Sequence record: DRR723986_4781
Length of the DNA stretch: 61,349 nt
Direction: 5' to 3' (one strand)
Of the stretch, positions 61,008 to 61,349 are shown in pieces. Numbering within the stretch: position 1 is the first letter of the stretch; every line of letters starts with the position of its first letter. A program made the translations under genes and the position numbers. A model generated the notes under the pieces. That model was given only the letters and a program-made list of their open reading frames with translations. It was not told the origin of the DNA and did no database searches.

Positions 61008-61349
61008 ATGAAATTGAACATGATCATTGGATCCCTCGTGCTTGGCGCTACGCTTAGCACTCCAAGCTTCGGTGGGGGATTGTTGGATCGCATGCTTGGA
61101 TTGAAGGGCAGTGGATGTGACAGCGCTTGCTGTGACACCGGTTGTTCTGCGGATCCAACTTGCGGTTGCGAAATCGCTGACCCATCCTGCGGATGTGAAA
61201 GCGCTTGTGGCGGCGGATGTGCATCCGCTTGCGAACCAACCTGCGGATGCGAGTCTGCTTGCGACCCATGTGGCGCAGCACCAACTTGCGGATGCGAAAT
61301 CGCTGCTTGCGACCCTTGTGGTGCAGCTCCTAGCTGTGGCTGCGAAATC
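61008..61349 (+). CDS. Secreted Cys-rich repeat protein (runs off the window end)
   Basis: GGGAG RBS; MKLNMIIGSLVLGATLSTPSFGGGLLDRMLGLKGSGCDSACCDTGCSADPTCGCEIADPSCGCESAC...; no stop codon before the window end. Confidence 0.88.
   Translation, partial: MKLNMIIGSLVLGATLSTPSFGGGLLDRMLGLKGSGCDSACCDTGCSADPTCGCEIADPSCGCESACGGGCASACEPTCGCESACDPCGAAPTCGCEIAACDPCGAAPSCGCEI

Noticed and set aside
61054..61284. Minus-strand Arg/His-rich ORF
   Set aside because: Antisense shadow of the Cys-rich repeat gene
1..61349. Prophage, IS element, rRNA or tRNA
   Set aside because: No integrase, transposase, phage structural gene or recognisable RNA gene seen by eye; a tRNAscan/Rfam run would be needed to exclude RNA genes fully

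Overview
Chromosomal window of about 49 genes from a Planctomycete, probably Pirellulaceae-like. The assignment rests on TIGR03000, DUF1592/DUF1552, ECF sigma/FecR, ECF sigma/Ser-Thr kinase and Cys-rich secreted proteins. Housekeeping genes are bioA, argH, purD, uppP, ctaA, ctaB and pcm. The window also holds an arsM-arsS arsenosugar-type pair, a cytochrome c oxidase assembly cluster with no catalytic subunits I/II, an orphan beta-class DNA methyltransferase and three families of REP-like palindromes. I saw no rRNA, tRNA, CRISPR, transposase or prophage. The main leads are: (1) a secreted YGSSGG-repeat/TIGR03000 protein followed by an SdpAB-like DUF5819+HTTM pair; (2) an exported repeat protein with a receiver-like domain, then a pseudoknot-like leader with an antisense sigma54 promoter, then a receiver-less sigma54 activator; (3) a membrane Ser/Thr kinase with two Wza-type Poly_export domains, convergent with an ECF sigma; (4) a signal-peptide-bearing isoaspartyl methyltransferase; (5) a P[ST]CGCE-repeat Cys-rich secreted protein, missed by the ORF track, behind a long structured leader. 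All family calls come from motif recognition by eye; no database search was run.
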